This document shows positions 27,021-40,157 of a DNA stretch of 64,000 bases, piece by piece. A model generated the notes under the pieces. It saw nothing but the letters and a program-made list of their open reading frames with translations, was not told where the DNA came from and did not search any database. Each line of letters opens with the position of its first letter. The stretch's first letter is position 1. This DNA is from Squalus acanthias (lineage: Eukaryota), in NCBI GenBank assembly GCA_030390025.1, contig CM059431.1:159404001-159468000 (forward strand), written 5' to 3'. A program made the translations under genes and the position numbers.

Positions 27021-30000
27021 TTCTGCTGGGTTAGTTCTTAGTCTATTAAATAGAAACATGGTAGTGCAACTCAGTCCGTGGAGTGCACATTCTGAGCCAT
27101 GTGGGAAGACCTGGACATTCGCTGAGCTTGGACGATCACAAGTGCGGGAAGAATCGCCAGCTACAGCAACTCGAGCGCATGAGTGGCGGCTGAAATCACT
27201 GAAGTGCATCCACGAAGCTGAGAGTTACGTGGATAGCACGTTTCTAGAGGTGGTCAACCCGCAGCTTAAGAGTATGCAGGACGAGAGTGAATGGGTGACC
27301 GCCAGACAGAAGAGGAGGACCAGGCTGGTAGTGCATGAATCCCCGGGGTGCATCGCGCTCTCAAACCAGTATTAATTTCTGAATACAGGTGAGGGTGATG
27401 GTTCCTCTCGGGAGTGCAGCCACTGTCATGTCCACAGCACCACGGGTGGCTCAGAGTCACGCTGCGAGGAAAAATAACAGAAGAGCCATAGTGGTAGGGG
27501 ATTCGATAGTTAGGGGAACAGACAGGCGTTTCTCCATAGACGTGATTCCAGGATGGTATGTTTCCTCCCTGGTGCCAGGGTCAAGGATGTCACTGAGCGG
27601 CTGCAGGACACTGAGCGGGGAGGGGGAACAGCTAGAGGTCGTTGTCCATATCGGTACCAACGACATTGGCAGAAAGAGGGATGAGGTCTTGCAGGCAGAG
27701 TTTAGGGAGCTGGGAGAGTTTAAAAAGCAGAACCTCAAAGATAGTAGTCTCTGGATTACTCCCGGTGCCACGTGCTGGTGAGTACAGGAATAGGAGGATA
27801 GAACAGATAAATGCATGGCTGGAGAGATGATGCAGGAGGGAGGGCTTTAGATTCCTGAGGCATTGGGACCCTTTCTGGGGAAGGTGGGACCTGTACAAGC
27901 CGGACGGGTTACACCTCAACAGAGCCGGGACCAAGATTCTCGCGGGGAGGTTTGCTAGTGCTGTTGGGGAGGCAGTAAACTAAATTGGCAGGGGGATGGG
28001 GACCAGCATATAGTAGTAGCAAAGAGGAATAGGGTGCATAAATGAGTGAGTGTGTTGGATAGTACTGGAGAAGATAGTACCAGAGGCGTTAGAAGTACCA
28101 TCTTAGATAGGAGCAGACTAAGGAAGACTACGAAAAATTCAAAAATGGGCTTAGAATGCATGTACGTAAACGCACAAAGTATGGTGAATAAGTTTGGTGA
28201 GCTACAATTAGCCGGCTGGCAATATGATGTTGTGGCAATAACGGAAACGTGGCTTAGAAAAGATGAGGACTGGGCACTTAATATTCTAGGGTACAAAATG
28301 TTCAGAAAATATAGGGGAGGAAAAAAGGAGGTGATGTTGCAGTGCTGCTTAAGGAAGACATTGTAGCTTTGGAAAGGGAGCATGTTCTTAAGGGGACAAG
28401 GACATAATCCATTAGGTTAGAGTTGAGGAGCACAAAGGGTATGATCACGCTATTGGGGGTATTCTATAGGCCTCCAAATAGTGAGAGGGAGGTAGAGAAA
28501 CAAATATGCAGGGAAATCGCAGAGATATGCAAGAGCTATGGAATGGTGATACTAGGGGACTTCAGTTACCCAAATATCAATTGGGATAATGGTAGGATAA
28601 TGGGAATGGAAGGGGAGGAATATGTGAAATGTGTTCAGGAGAGTTTTCTTGACCAATATGTTCTTGGCCTAACTAGGAATGCGGCATTTTGGGATTTGGT
28701 GCTGGGGAATGACGTGAGCCAAGTCGACCAAGTGTCTGTGGGAGAACACTTGGGTACGAGTGAACATCGTATCATGTGTTTTATATTAGCAATGGAGAAG
28801 AGGAAGGAACAATCTAGAGTGGAACATCCAAACTGTAACAGGGCTAACTTCAATGGGATGCTAAAGGATCTAACCGGGGTAAAATGGAACCAAAGACATA
28901 CAGGAAAAACTGTAACGGGACAATGGGTGATCTTTAAGGAGGAGATGTTAGAAGCACAGGCTAGGTACATTCTAACAAGAGCGAAGGATAAAGGAACCAA
29001 AGCAAGGTCTCATTGGATGATGAGGGAGATAGAGAAGATGATGAAACAAAAAAAGAGGGTGTATGATGCATGTCAGGTGAATTCTTCAAGGGACAACCGG
29101 AGCAAATACAATAAGTTGAGAGGGGATGTGAAGATGGGGAAAAAATGGATAATCAGAGAATATGAGACTAGAATGGAGGTTAACATTAAAGGGAGCCCAA
29201 AAATCTTCTACCGGCATGTAAACAGTAAGCAGGTAGCAAGAGGCGGGAGGGGTGCCTATTCGAAAAAAAGAAGGTGTTATGCTTAGCGGCGCAGGGCAAT
29301 GCTAGAATTCTCAATGAGTACTTTGTATCGGTGTTTACTAATTAAGTGGATGCTGACAATATATCGGTAGAAGTGGAAAAGGTAGAAGCAATGGAAGGGG
29401 TGAACATTGATAGACAGGATGTACTATAATATCTGGGTATGCTTAGAGTGGCCAAGTCGCCTGCTGCAAATGGTTTGCGTCCCAGGTTGCTAAGGGAATT
29501 GAGGGAGGAGATAGGGGAAGGGCTTGCCATAATTTTCCAATCTTCCCTACATGCGAGGGAGGTGCCTAAGGATTGGAAATTGGTAAATGTGCCATATTTC
29601 TTCTAGAAAGTCTAAAGGACAATGCTACTAACTACAGGCCGGTCAGTTTAACATCAGTGGTGGGTAAAGTTTTAGAAACAATAATCAAGGTAAAACTTAA
29701 CTGGCATTTGGAGAGGTTTAAGCTAAGTAAAAAGGATCAACAAGGGTTTTTAAAAGGAAGATCGTGTTTGACCAGTCTAATTAAACTTTTTGATGAAGTA
29801 ACAGAGAGGATTGATGAAAGGAATGCAATGGACGTTGTCGACATGGATTTTCGGGAGGCGTTTGACAAAGTACCACATAGAAGGCTGGTTAACAAAATTG
29901 AGGATCATGGAATAGGTGGGTCAGTGGCAGCTTGGAAAAGGAATTGGCTTAAAGACAGAAACAGCGAATTTTGGTAAATGGCTGTTTTTCAGACTGAAGA

Positions 30001-31235
30001 ATGGAAGAGAGCGTTGTTCCCCAAGGGTCAGTGCTGGCCCCACTGCTTTTTTTTATATGATTTAATGACCTAGATATTGGAATACAGTGTAAAATTTCTA
30101 AATTTGCCGATGACACCAAACTTGGGGTTGTGGCAAGCAGTGATGATGATATCAATCGACTGCTACAGGACACAGAAAGGCTAGCAGAATGGGCAGACTA
30201 GTGGCAGATGGCATTTAATACAGAGAAGTGTGAGGTGATGCATTTTGGCTGAAGGAACAGGGAGAGGCAAGATAGACTTAATGGTACAGTTTTAAAGAGT
30301 GTACAGGGACAGAGGGACCTGGGAGTTAATGTGCATAGGTCCCTGAATGTGGCAGGCCATATTGAGAGAGTGGTTAGCAAAGCATATGGGATCTTGGGCT
30401 TCATAAGTAGAGGTATTGTGTACAAAAATAGAGAAGTTATGCTGAACCTTTATAAAGCGCTGGTTAGGCCGCATAATGAAGTATTGCGTCCAGTTCTCAT
30501 CACCACACTTTAGGAAGGATGTGAAGGTCCTTGAGAGGATGCAGAGAAGATTTACCAGAATGGTTTCGGGAATGGGGGATCTTAGCTACAAGGACAGGTT
30601 GGAGAAGCTGGATTTGTTTTCATTAATGATGTGGAGATGCCGGTGTTGGACTGGGGTGGACAAATGTGAGAAGTCGCACAACACCAGGTTATAGTCCAAC
30701 AGCTTTATTTGAAATCACAAGCTTTCGGTGGCTGCTCCGTCATCTGACGAAGGAGCAGCGCTCCGAAAGCATGTGATTTCAAATAAAGCAGTTGGACTAT
30801 AACCTGGTGTTGTGCGACTTCTCACGTGCGTTTTCATTAAAGCAAAGGAGGTTGAGGGGTGATTTGATAGAGGTGTACAAGATTATGATGGGTTTGGATC
30901 GGCTAGACGGGGAAAGGCTGTTCCCACTAATTGATGGTACAAGGATTAGGGGACACAATTTTAACGTTTTAGGCAAGAGATAGAGGGGGGCCGTGAGGAA
31001 AATCCTTTTTACGCAGTGAGTGCTGATGACCTGGAATTCGCTGCTGACGGAAGTGGTGGAAGCGGAGACACTCAATGTTTTCAAGGGGATACTGGATAGG
31101 CACTTGAGGGAAATAAATTTGCAGGGCTACGGGGATACAGCGGGGGAATGGGACTGACTCGAATGCTCTGCAGTGAGCCGGTACCGACTCGATGGGCCGA
31201 ATGGCCTCCTTCTGTGCCATTAAGACTCTATGAAT
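27021..31235 (+). mobile_element. CR1 LINE: ORF1 (zinc finger, esterase) followed by family A ORF2, decayed; possibly composite
   Basis: IVVGDSIVRG, VVVHIGTND; EN YVNAQS..ITETWL, YRPPN; RT AFDKVPH, FADDTK; 3' end gatgggccgaatggcctcc..gactctat. Confidence 0.88.
30627..30829. mobile_element. Fold-back Penelope-like terminus (family PLE-2) with hammerhead core
   Basis: 11-bp TSD gttttcattaa (30616-30626, 30830-30840) interrupting CR1 coding LDLFSL; inverted arms ~30666-30738 / 30752-30825; ctgacga-a-ggagc-agc-gctcc-gaaa at 30744-30768. Confidence 0.8.
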
Positions 31236-31237
31236 AT

Positions 31238-31570
31238 AATTCGCCAAGGCTTCTTCGGCAGCACTTCCCAAAGCCGCGACCTCTTCCACCGAGAATGACA
31301 AGGGAAACAGGACAATGGGAACACCATCACATGCAAGTTCCCCTCGAAGTTACACACCATCCTGACTTGGAAATATCTTGCTGTTCCTTCATCGTCGCTC
31401 TGTCAAAATCTTGGAACTCCCTACCTAACAGCACTGTGGGAGTACCTTCACCACACGGACTGCTGCGTTTCAAGAAGGCGGCTCATTACCACGTTCTCAA
31501 GGGCAATTAAGGATGGGCAATAAATGCTGGCCTTGCCAGTGACGTCCACATCCCAAGAACGAATAAAACT
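31238..31570 (+). mobile_element. 3' fragment of the LINE family seen at 22820-25715
   Basis: Reverse-complement homologue of 22830-23145 (ttcatcgtcgct, ggaactccct, ggatgggcaataaatgctggccttg). Confidence 0.8.
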
Positions 31571-31619
31571 CAAGCACTTGAAATATGTTCGAAACTTCTG
31601 GTAACTGTTAATGAGCAGC

Positions 31620-33540
31620 TGTGCGTGCTTGTCTTGTATAGGTGCTAATAATTCGGGTGAATTGAGGGCTCAGATAGCAATTCTAATCTGGCTGTGGCTC
31701 CAATGTGTGTAAAAGTAAACCGTATCTGTTGACGCACAGAGTGCTCTGCACAGAGTGGTCTTAAATAGAATGCTTCCAAACAGAGAATTAAAGTTGGGAA
31801 TTTGGAGAGAGTGGGAATTCGGCGCAGTGCAGGATAGAGTTGTTGCTTTTTGCCTCCAAAATTTGGAGCGCTTTGTGCTACAGGTAAGTGTTTAATTGCA
31901 TCTGCCTATTAATTAAAATAGATCTACTAATGAGATAAACATTAAATATAAGCTAAGTTAATTAAATATATAAACTTTATTTAACCAAATAAAGAAAACA
32001 AGTATGTATATAGATGTGGTGCAGGTGGTGTGCAGCAACTGCAGCATGTGGGAGTTTGTGGAGAATATTGCAGTCCCGGATGACGACGTCCACAGTAAGT
32101 GTCTGCATCTCGAGCAACTTCAGCTCAGATTTGCTGAGCTTAAGTGCGAGGTGCAGACACTGCGGGGCATCAGGGAGGGGGAGTTAACTGGACACTCTGA
32201 TCCAGGAGGTAGTCACACCTATTCGGTTAGGTTGTGGTACAGGTCTGGTTAGTGATCTGGAACAGCAGGGTGTGACTGCGACTCAGGCAGGTGAGGGGTC
32301 TCCTGGGGCGCTGTTGGAGGAGCCTCGGCCTTTGCCTTTATCCAACACGTACGAGTTTATTGCTGCCTGTGCGGATAAGGGCGAAGTCTGCAGGGTTGAT
32401 GAGCAAACTGACCAAGGCACCGTGGTACAGGAAGCCATTCAAGTGTGCGGGGAGAGTGAAAAGGAATGTTGCATTGGTATGGGACTGTATAGTCAGTGGG
32501 ATAGATACTGTTCTCTTCAGCCGCGATCGGGAGTTCCGAAGGCTGTTTATCTGAGTTAAGGATATATCCTCGCGCCTGAAGAAAAAAATGAATTGGGAGG
32601 AGGAAGTCCAGTGGCCGTAGTCCACGTATGAACCAATGACATATGTTGAACTAGTGATGAGGTTCTGCTGAGACAGGTTGTAGTGCAAGTTTCCAAATTA
32701 AAATGTTGAACCTCAAAGGTAAGACTCTCCGAATTGTTACCTGAGCCACTAGCAAATTGGCATTGGGACAAGCAGATGAGAGATTTAAATGCCTGGCTCA
32801 AAGATGGGTATGCGAGAAACGGTATTGATTCATGGGGCACTGGCAACAGTAATGTGGAAAGAGGGAGCTGTTCCGTTGGGACAGGCTTTACTTAAACCGG
32901 GCTGGAATCAGTGTCCTGGCGAATCTAATAACTAGGGCTATAGATGGGGCATTAAACCTAAAGGCAGAGTTGTCAGGTAAGGGAAAATTTTGAAATCTAA
33001 AAATAAAAGTTAAGAAAATGGAGCAGTGTAGCGATTTGGGTAAAGATAAGCAGAGTGTGAAACGAAGGCACAGACTGATTTTAACAGTAATAGTTCACCA
33101 GCGAATAAGGTGAAACCAGGGAATAATGGTAAAAAATTAAAATTATAAGCTCTTTATCTGAATGTACGAAGCATTCGGAATAAGATACAATAATTAATTG
33201 CATAAATACAGATGAATGGCTTCATCTAATAGCCATTAGAGGGACGTAGTTCTATGGTGTCCGAGTTGGGAACTAAATACTCCCGGTTACTTGACATTTC
33301 GAAAAAAACAGGGAGAAAGGAAAAGGAGGGTATAAACCTATTAATAAAGGATGAGATAAGGGCAGTAGTGAGAAAGGATCTTGGCTCGGAAGATCAGGAA
33401 ATATAATCAGTATGGCTGGAGATAAGAAATAACACGGGGCAGAAAACACTGGTGGGAATAGTTTATAGGCCCCTTATCAGTAGCTATACCGTTGGGCAGC
33501 GTATTAATCAGCAAATAATCGAAGCCTGTAACAAAGCTAA
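31620..33540 (+). mobile_element. CR1 5' portion (5' UTR, ORF1 zinc finger/esterase, start of EN), heavily decayed
   Basis: ORF 32004 CSNCSMWE..KC..LEQLQLR; esterase remnants; ctgaatgtacgaagcattcggaataag (LNVRSIRNK); YRP motif at ~33465. Confidence 0.75.
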
Positions 33541-33859
33541 CCGTCTCAGACCCAAACTCCTGTAGGTCGCCGACCACAATGATCTCAGAAGTCCACACCT
33601 GAGAAACATTAACCTTCTAATGCACATGCTGACGTTACTGTGGGAGAGGAATTCATTGAATAGTAGAACAGGATGCAGGCCGTGTCAGAAGTCATCATTG
33701 GTGAACTCCAGGGTGAAAAATCGATTTCATTGCTTCTTGTACGCCATTAAAGTAGTGCAATTATGAATTTGTTTTGTGAGTCTGTAGCAGTTCACGAGCC
33801 TGCACTGTCAGGTAGAGAGGTTGAAAGCAGGGCAGTGACAAATGGAACGTGCTCTGATA

Positions 33860-34130
33860 ATGGGATCTTTTATTTCTACTCTTGCCTCAGTATCACCTCA
33901 TTATCCCAGCACCAGCATCACTTTTGTCATCATTTCACTTCTGCCCTACACCCCATCACAGTTAGTTGTGCAGTTTATTTATTCCTTTTGTTCTTTTCCA
34001 ACACAACCCCTGTTAATCGCTAACATCTTCCAGTCTGATGAAAGGTCATCGACCTGAAACGGTAACTCTGTTTCTCTCTCCACAGATGTAAGCGGACCTG
34101 CTATGTGTTTCCACCATTTTCTGTTTTTGT
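33860..34130 (+). mobile_element. Penelope-like 3' terminus (family PLE-1) with hammerhead core
   Basis: ctgatga-a-aggtc-atc-gacct-gaaa at 34035-34059 followed by aactctgtttctctctccacagatg, shared with 48702-48790 and 63615-63710. Confidence 0.7.
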
Positions 34131-34817
34131 CACAATTTGTTTGCTTTCTTTTTTTAAAGAGTAAGTTCAGCTCTGAAAGATTTATTTAACTACAGAGCCT
34201 CATAAGTGAGAGATAAGCATATTTTCCGAATGTAGGTGGGTTTTCTTTGTGAGAGAGTGCATGTAATGATAAAAAAAATGCCGGCAGTTTGTAGAAGATT
34301 TAAAAAAAAACTCCAGATTGTGAACGGATGGACCCAGATTAGAGTTTCTGAGTGTTGGAGGGCATGAGCAGCGGTTTGTATTTTAATGGGAAGGGAAGCT
34401 GTTGCTATAACCTGCTGTGAGTGGTGAAGAAACATTCAAAGCGTGGTGAGAGCAGTGATCAGCATGATTAATGGGTTACAATAAAGAAATCTATGTAAAT
34501 GCAAAATGAGTGCGTGAGTCTCACTCTTGCGTTCGGGTCAAGCCATTAAACCTGTTTCTGAACTGAACCCATGTTTTAAGTACGATGCTGCTGGTGCTGG
34601 TCTGCTTAGCAATCTTCCTGCAGTATGGAAGCTGCCTCTGCATTGGGTACCAACGTTATGAGTAACTCCAAGCAGTAATGGGATGAGTGAGCACTTAATG
34701 TGTTTTGTGGTAGTATCGATTGAGGGAGGAATGTTGGCCGAGACATCAGCAGACGCTCATAAGCATATTCGGATGGTACCACGGGGTAATTAGCATTCAT
34801 CTGAACGACATGAACTT

Positions 34818-35300
34818 CAGCAACAGCAACAACTTGCATTTATATAGCACCTTTATCGCAGTAAAACGCCGCATGGCCTTTAACAGGAATATTATCAGAA
34901 AAAATTAACACCGAGGCAAACAAAGAGAAGACATTGCAGGTGATTTTCCGGCTTCGACTAGATCGATAGAAATGGAACCAGGCGAGGACAGTCCCATCAA
35001 GCTGGACAACGCTGAAGAAGCGTTGGAGGGCGATGTTATGGTCAACTGTGTCAATGACTGTGGACACGTCTCGAGCTATGACGGTGGCTTGTGCACCAGA
35101 GTCACAGTCACATGGGATGCCATCTATGAATTTGATAGTGGCCATTCCAGTGTTGTGGCATGAGCGGAAACCCGATCGGAGATGTACAAACATAGAGTTG
35201 AGGGAAAGATGGGCATGGATTTGTGAGGTGACAACACGATCAATGACTTTGGAGAGCAACGTGAGGTTGCAAATGAAACGGTTTTCCCTCGATTGAAAGT
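34818..35300 (-). mobile_element. L2 LINE fragment (RT piece joined to 3' tail)
   Basis: ORF 34840-35259 SGFRSCHNT..DVSTVIDTVDH; tail caacagcaacaacttgcatttatatagcac. Confidence 0.7.
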
Positions 35301-35974
35301 CACATCTGAAATTTGATTACGGCCTTTTAACTCACTCCCAGTGAGGCTTTACACTCTAAACTGAAAACTTTGAATGCAAGAGGCCTTACTACATTTTGCC
35401 TGCTCGTCATCAATAGGTGTTAATAAAGAGCGCGAAGCCGGGCACAGCCATCACCCCTCTCAACCCCCACCGCCCCCGCCCTCCACTCCCACCTCACCAC
35501 AGCTTTGCTTGCGCATGATACTGTCAATTTAGCACAGATCAGAAGCTGACTTGACAACTTCCTGTTCTTGACTGCTGCAATTCACAACAGTGAGTCCATT
35601 ATGTTGCCGGAATAGGTACAATATATAATTAGTTTATTATAGAATTTAATGTTCCCTTACAATTGATAACCGTTAGCAATCTCAAACTTCTGCTATTCGG
35701 ATACATTGAACGCAAGCAGCATAGGATATCACGTTGATGGAGTATAACAAATGTAGTGCTCCCATGTGTTTCCATATTGTTTGCATTGGATGACGATGTC
35801 TTCCATTGAGTTTATAACGTGCGAATTGAGCGAGCTGCGTTTTTATTGATTAATAACACGAATTGTGCTTCAGCTAAATACCATCAATTAGTGAGAATAT
35901 CATTGATACATTATCTATCGCAATGACATTCACTAAGGATACTATTACTACATCAGTCAAATAAACCTGACATT

Positions 35975-36440
35975 AAAATGAGAAGTCGCACAACACCAGG
36001 TTATAGTCCAACAGATTTATTTAAAATTACAAGCTTTCGGAGCTGTCGCCCCTTCGTCAGGCAAAGTTACTGTGAGAGAATCTATCAGAATTCACAGAAT
36101 ATAATAACACAGAGAAAATGCATAGATTAAATCTTTCCCTACATCAAAGACACACTAAGAGCACAGCCAAGACAATGAGATGTGTCCCCTGGGGCACATC
36201 GCATTGTCTTGGCTGTGCTCTTAGTGTGTCTTTGATGTAGGGAAAGATTTAATCTAAGCATTTTCTCTGTGTTATTATATTCTGTGAATTCTGATAGATT
36301 CTCTCACAGTAACTTTGCCTGACGAAGGGGCGACAGCTCCGAAAGCTTGTAATTTTAAATAAATCTGTTGGACTATAACCTGGTGTTGTGCGACTTCTCA
36401 TTTTTGTCCACCCCAGTCCAACGCCGGCATCTCCGCATCA
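35975..36440. mobile_element. Fold-back Penelope-like insertion (family PLE-2): ~430-bp near-perfect palindrome plus unpaired 3' terminus
   Basis: Arms 35975-36189 / 36191-36404; direct repeat tgacattaaaat at 35968-35979 and 36441-36452; 36401-36440 is the reverse complement of 30627-30664. Confidence 0.85.
36319..36348 (+). ncRNA. Putative minimal hammerhead ribozyme core (mirror copy on minus strand 36060-36031)
   Basis: CUGACGA-A-GGGGC-GACA-GCUCC-GAAA-GCUU; palindromic AAGCUU in place of helix III; helix I and cleavage site not confirmed. Confidence 0.55.
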
Positions 36441-36906
36441 TGACATTAAAATCATATAGCAGAGACTGCATGGTGGACCACCATTAATTGGGAACCAAGT
36501 GGGAAGAAATAGATCTGACGCAATATTAGTGCTAAGGGTCCTGGACAACGTTTCCTCCGCTCTGTGTGCAGCGATCGTCCCCGGAAAAGTCATCTGTTAA
36601 TAGTTATCAGGAAAAAGGTAACACGATGTGGAATCGCCAATGGTGCTTCTGGAAATTAGATAGTTCAATTTTTTGACAAGCCTTCTCTTAGCGTCTCGCC
36701 TGCCACACATTTGACAGAATTCTCGGTGCGTTACTCAATGGTGAATGGTGGAACAGTCGCCCTGTTCCTGGCAGCAATCCAGTGGCACTGCACAGTTCGA
36801 TATACTTCTCTTTTATGTGTCGTAACTCCCACGCATCCTCTAAATTTTGGCTGGTGTTATTCAATATAGCCATTGAAATAAATCAACCTTATTGAGAAAC
36901 GGCCAT

Positions 36907-36991
36907 TCAGTCAAAGTTACATCTGGTCCCGTGTACCTGGTCCGTCTCCAGAGATTTCTGTCCTCCTGGAGTGAAGTCGTTGCGTCCCAAT
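36907..36991 (-). CDS. NLR gene coding exon 7 (last; LRR end and stop)
   Basis: Acceptor ttattttacAG, phase 2; RLGRNDFTPGGQKSLETDQVHGTRCNFD*. Confidence 0.75.
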
Positions 36992-37184
36992 CTGTAAAAT
37001 AACACAAGTAAAAATATGAAATAGATGATAGTAAGGGTGAGAATTGTTCTGTTCATTGCATGTAGCGATCTAGTAACGTCTGCCATAAAGGATGCGTTTA
37101 TGCTGTCGTTGCACATGCAAAAGAGTAACGCGCTGCAAAAGGAATGCGCCATTTTGCTTCATATCTTGTTTATCAGTTAAAAAC

Positions 37185-37585
37185 ATAGACAGACCCTGCA
37201 TTTATATAGCGCGTTTCAGTAGCTCAGACAGTCCCGAAACGCTTTACATCCAATGAGCTCTTTTGAAGTGCAGTCACTGTTGTAATAGTGGAACCAACTG
37301 ACAACTTATGCACAGCACGATCCGACAAACAGCAGTGACGTAATCACGAGATAATCAGTTCCAATTATGTCTTTGAGGGAAAATATTGACCAGGACAGCG
37401 AAATAACTCCCTAGTTCTGCATTGACATGCATCTACTAGGGCAGATGTGGCCATGGTTTAACGACACCTCCACAGTGCAACATTCCCTCAGTACTGCTCT
37501 GAAGCGCCAGCCTAGATGATATGCTCCCCAGGCTTGAACTCACCACCTTCTGAAGCACAGGCCGGAGCAGTATCAACTGAGCCAT
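37185..37585 (-). mobile_element. Deu-domain-like SINE (SacSINE1-like) in the last NLR intron
   Basis: Minus 5' tggctcagttg..ggtgagttcaagcc (A/B-box-like); core tgagggaaaatattgaccaggaca..cacctccacagtgcaacattccctcagtactgc; L2-like tail tgcatttatatagcgc. Confidence 0.65.
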
Positions 37586-37671
37586 ATTATAAAAAAAACA
37601 CTTACGTTATTCCTTGTAAATATTTAACTAATAAATAAAACTTTTACTTAATATATATATTTTTATCTAAC

Positions 37672-37863
37672 CTGATTTCCCTCAGATGATTGTTCCTCTG
37701 GATGAGGCGGCGCAGTGCGGGAATAGAGCTGTCTGTTAGTTTATTGCAGCATTTTAAACCCACGGCATTGTTACTCAAGTCCAGCTCCATCACTGACTGG
37801 TTACTAATGATAGCGGATGTCAGCTCTTCGATACAACCGTCTGTGAGATTGTTAGCTTTTAAG
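37672..37863 (-). CDS. NLR gene coding exon 6 (LRR)
   Basis: Acceptor tttggttttaccacAG, donor AG|GTTAGA, 192 nt, phase 2-2; LKANNLTDGCIEELTSAIISNQSVMELDLSNN..NKLTDSSIPALRRLI is a ribonuclease-inhibitor-type LRR pattern. Confidence 0.9.
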
Positions 37864-39099
37864 CTGTGGTAAAACCAAAACAGGGAATCCAATATCAACA
37901 TCACACAGGCTGTGGCGGAAAACAGCAATGGAAGAATCACCAAATCAAATGGCATACCTGCTCATTTCTGAGAATGAAAATGTACAATAGACACAGAATT
38001 CAATAGAAATTAAAGTAAACAGGTCCATGTTGGCAATTATGTTTCGGACGAGCTTCCTCCCATTCTATTTATTTTCATCTCACCCCATCGACATATCCTG
38101 TACTTCTTTCTCCCTCATGGCCCGGATTTTGTGTTGTCTAATAACGGTGAACTGTCAGCATACGCCATCATTACTCCTCTGAAACTGACCGTTAATTCAG
38201 GATTTAGCGCGTGCACAGAACAAACGCAGAAATTCTGAAGTCGCGGTCAGTCAGTCACCGGTCCAACTGAGGCTGCGCTGTGGAACACCACTCCCCATAG
38301 CCGACAATCAGTAAAATCAGTGAAATTGACGAAAACTTAAGCTTTTCCGCCGTAAGATCTCTCTTAAGCACAACATTAAATGCTAACCCTTGTTCGAATA
38401 GATATAACAGGGATTTTAACAGCGTATTAACTGCTAAACACCTGTTTTGTGCCTGAAAAACTTTATATTTATGGATGTCATATTATGGATTAATGCCAGT
38501 TCTCCATTATCATAAAAATTACTAGGAGCTAAAAATTCGGGGATTTAGCGCAACCCGTTGCAGCCAGATTCAGGAAGAAATAGCTTCCGCTGTATTTCCG
38601 GCCCTTGCCGTCGGCATCCGCGGCGCCCGCCATTTTTGGCTGGGCGGTAACCTTGCCGATGTCTGCGCTCGCGTAAATTATGTAGATTATGCATAACGTG
38701 ACGTCAGATAGTGGGCAATGCTCAATTGATGCCCGATCTGCCAATTTCAACTTCGCCACTCCACTTACCAGAATCTCTTATCTGCGACCAGCTGAGCAAG
38801 CGTTGACCAGCAGGAATGAGGGTCCAGCCGCGTTATTTAAAGGGATCATCAGCAATAGCTTGCAGCTGACATGTTACTGCTGTTTGACTGGCTCTGTGTA
38901 ACTTTCTGCAACTCCAGCAGCTTTATAAATTTATTTCAAGGTCCTAAGGTAACAGGGAGTGTTTGGGCAAGTGGAGAACGCCTTCATTCTTACTTACGTC
39001 ACTTGCACACCGTCATGAGGACTCTACTTGCAGTCCCCCTCGCGCTCGAGTATCTTCGAGAGAAGGACCGGAGGCAGGGGGAAATAGGAGAAGATGCAT

Positions 39100-40157
39100 G
39101 AAGAGGGAAGAGGAGGGGGGCAGGTTGGCTCTCAACAGGAAGCCTCGCCTAACTAGGGTATTAAGAGAGCAATTCTCTTATATCCACTTCAGCTAGGAGC
39201 AGTTTATTAGGATGCTCCGCTTTACCAAGTCGGTGGTCACAGAACTCTGCCACCTCCTGTGGCTTTCGCAGTGGCAGTAAAGGTCGCCGTGGCACTCAAT
39301 TTCTACACCAACGGATCCTTCCAGTCTGCAACAGCTGACATAGCTAACATCTCGCAGTTCACCACCATCGCTGCATCCGGGACGTCACAGAGATCCAGGC
39401 GAAGGGATTACGTTTTCTTCTTTCTGAGCAGGGAGAAGCAGGACGAGCGTGCATGTGACTTTGCCAGAATAGCGGGCTTCCCCATGGTGTAGGGTACCAT
39501 CGTATGCACACACGTGACTTTGCAGGCACAATATACCAATCCTGATATCTTCCATAATCGCAAAGCCAACCACCCAATTAATGGGCAGTTGTTGTGCGAC
39601 CATGCCAAGCGATTCCTGATGGTCAATGCCCACTATTCTGGCAGTAGTCATGATGCCTTCATCCTGCATCAGTCTGGTGTGCCAGCATCCTGTCATCGCA
39701 TCAATCTCCAGGGTGGCTGCTGGAGACAAAAGCTATCCGCACTGCACCTGGCTCATGACTCCCCTCCGCACCCCAAGAACACGTGCCCAGCATTCATATA
39801 ATGATGCCATGCTTCCACCAGGAATATCATCGAGTAGACCATCGGGCTAGTGAACAACCGTTCTACGCCTTGACTGCCTGGGAGAAGCCCCCAGTACTCT
39901 GCAAGTGGGTGCCCCATTTCATGGCGGTCCGCTGCATGCTTCTCAACTTGGCCATCATGAGAGCACAGCCCTTGCCACCAGGGATTGCAGGACCACGTCA
40001 GGAGGAGGGCGAGGGACAGGAGGAGGAGGAGGTTGAGGAAGAGGAAGATGAAAAAGTGGAAAAGGAAGAGGACGTAGAGGAAGGGAGGAGGCAGGCAGGC
40101 AATCCAACTTCCGGACGGGCTGTCCGTGAAAGCCTCATCAGACTCCGATTTCAATGA
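39100..40157 (+). pseudogene. Harbinger DDE transposase (HARBI1-like), pseudogenised; start approximate
   Basis: RVLREQFSY..LRFTKSVVTELCHLL, VKVAVALNFYTNGSFQ, FARIAGFPMV*GTIVCTH, NRKANHPINGQLLCD, GSSHDAFIL, GDKSYP..WLMTP, CCMLHN-like RCMLLNLA, acidic tail; stops and frameshifts; first catalytic Asp (GAIDCTH) appears replaced by Val. Confidence 0.88.

Noticed and set aside
36688..36873. 61-aa ORF downstream of the NLR stop
   Set aside because: No recognisable motif; better explained as 3' UTR
39100..40157. Host HARBI1 gene
   Set aside because: Stops, frameshifts, TIRs and a convergent Myb gene indicate a dead transposon copy
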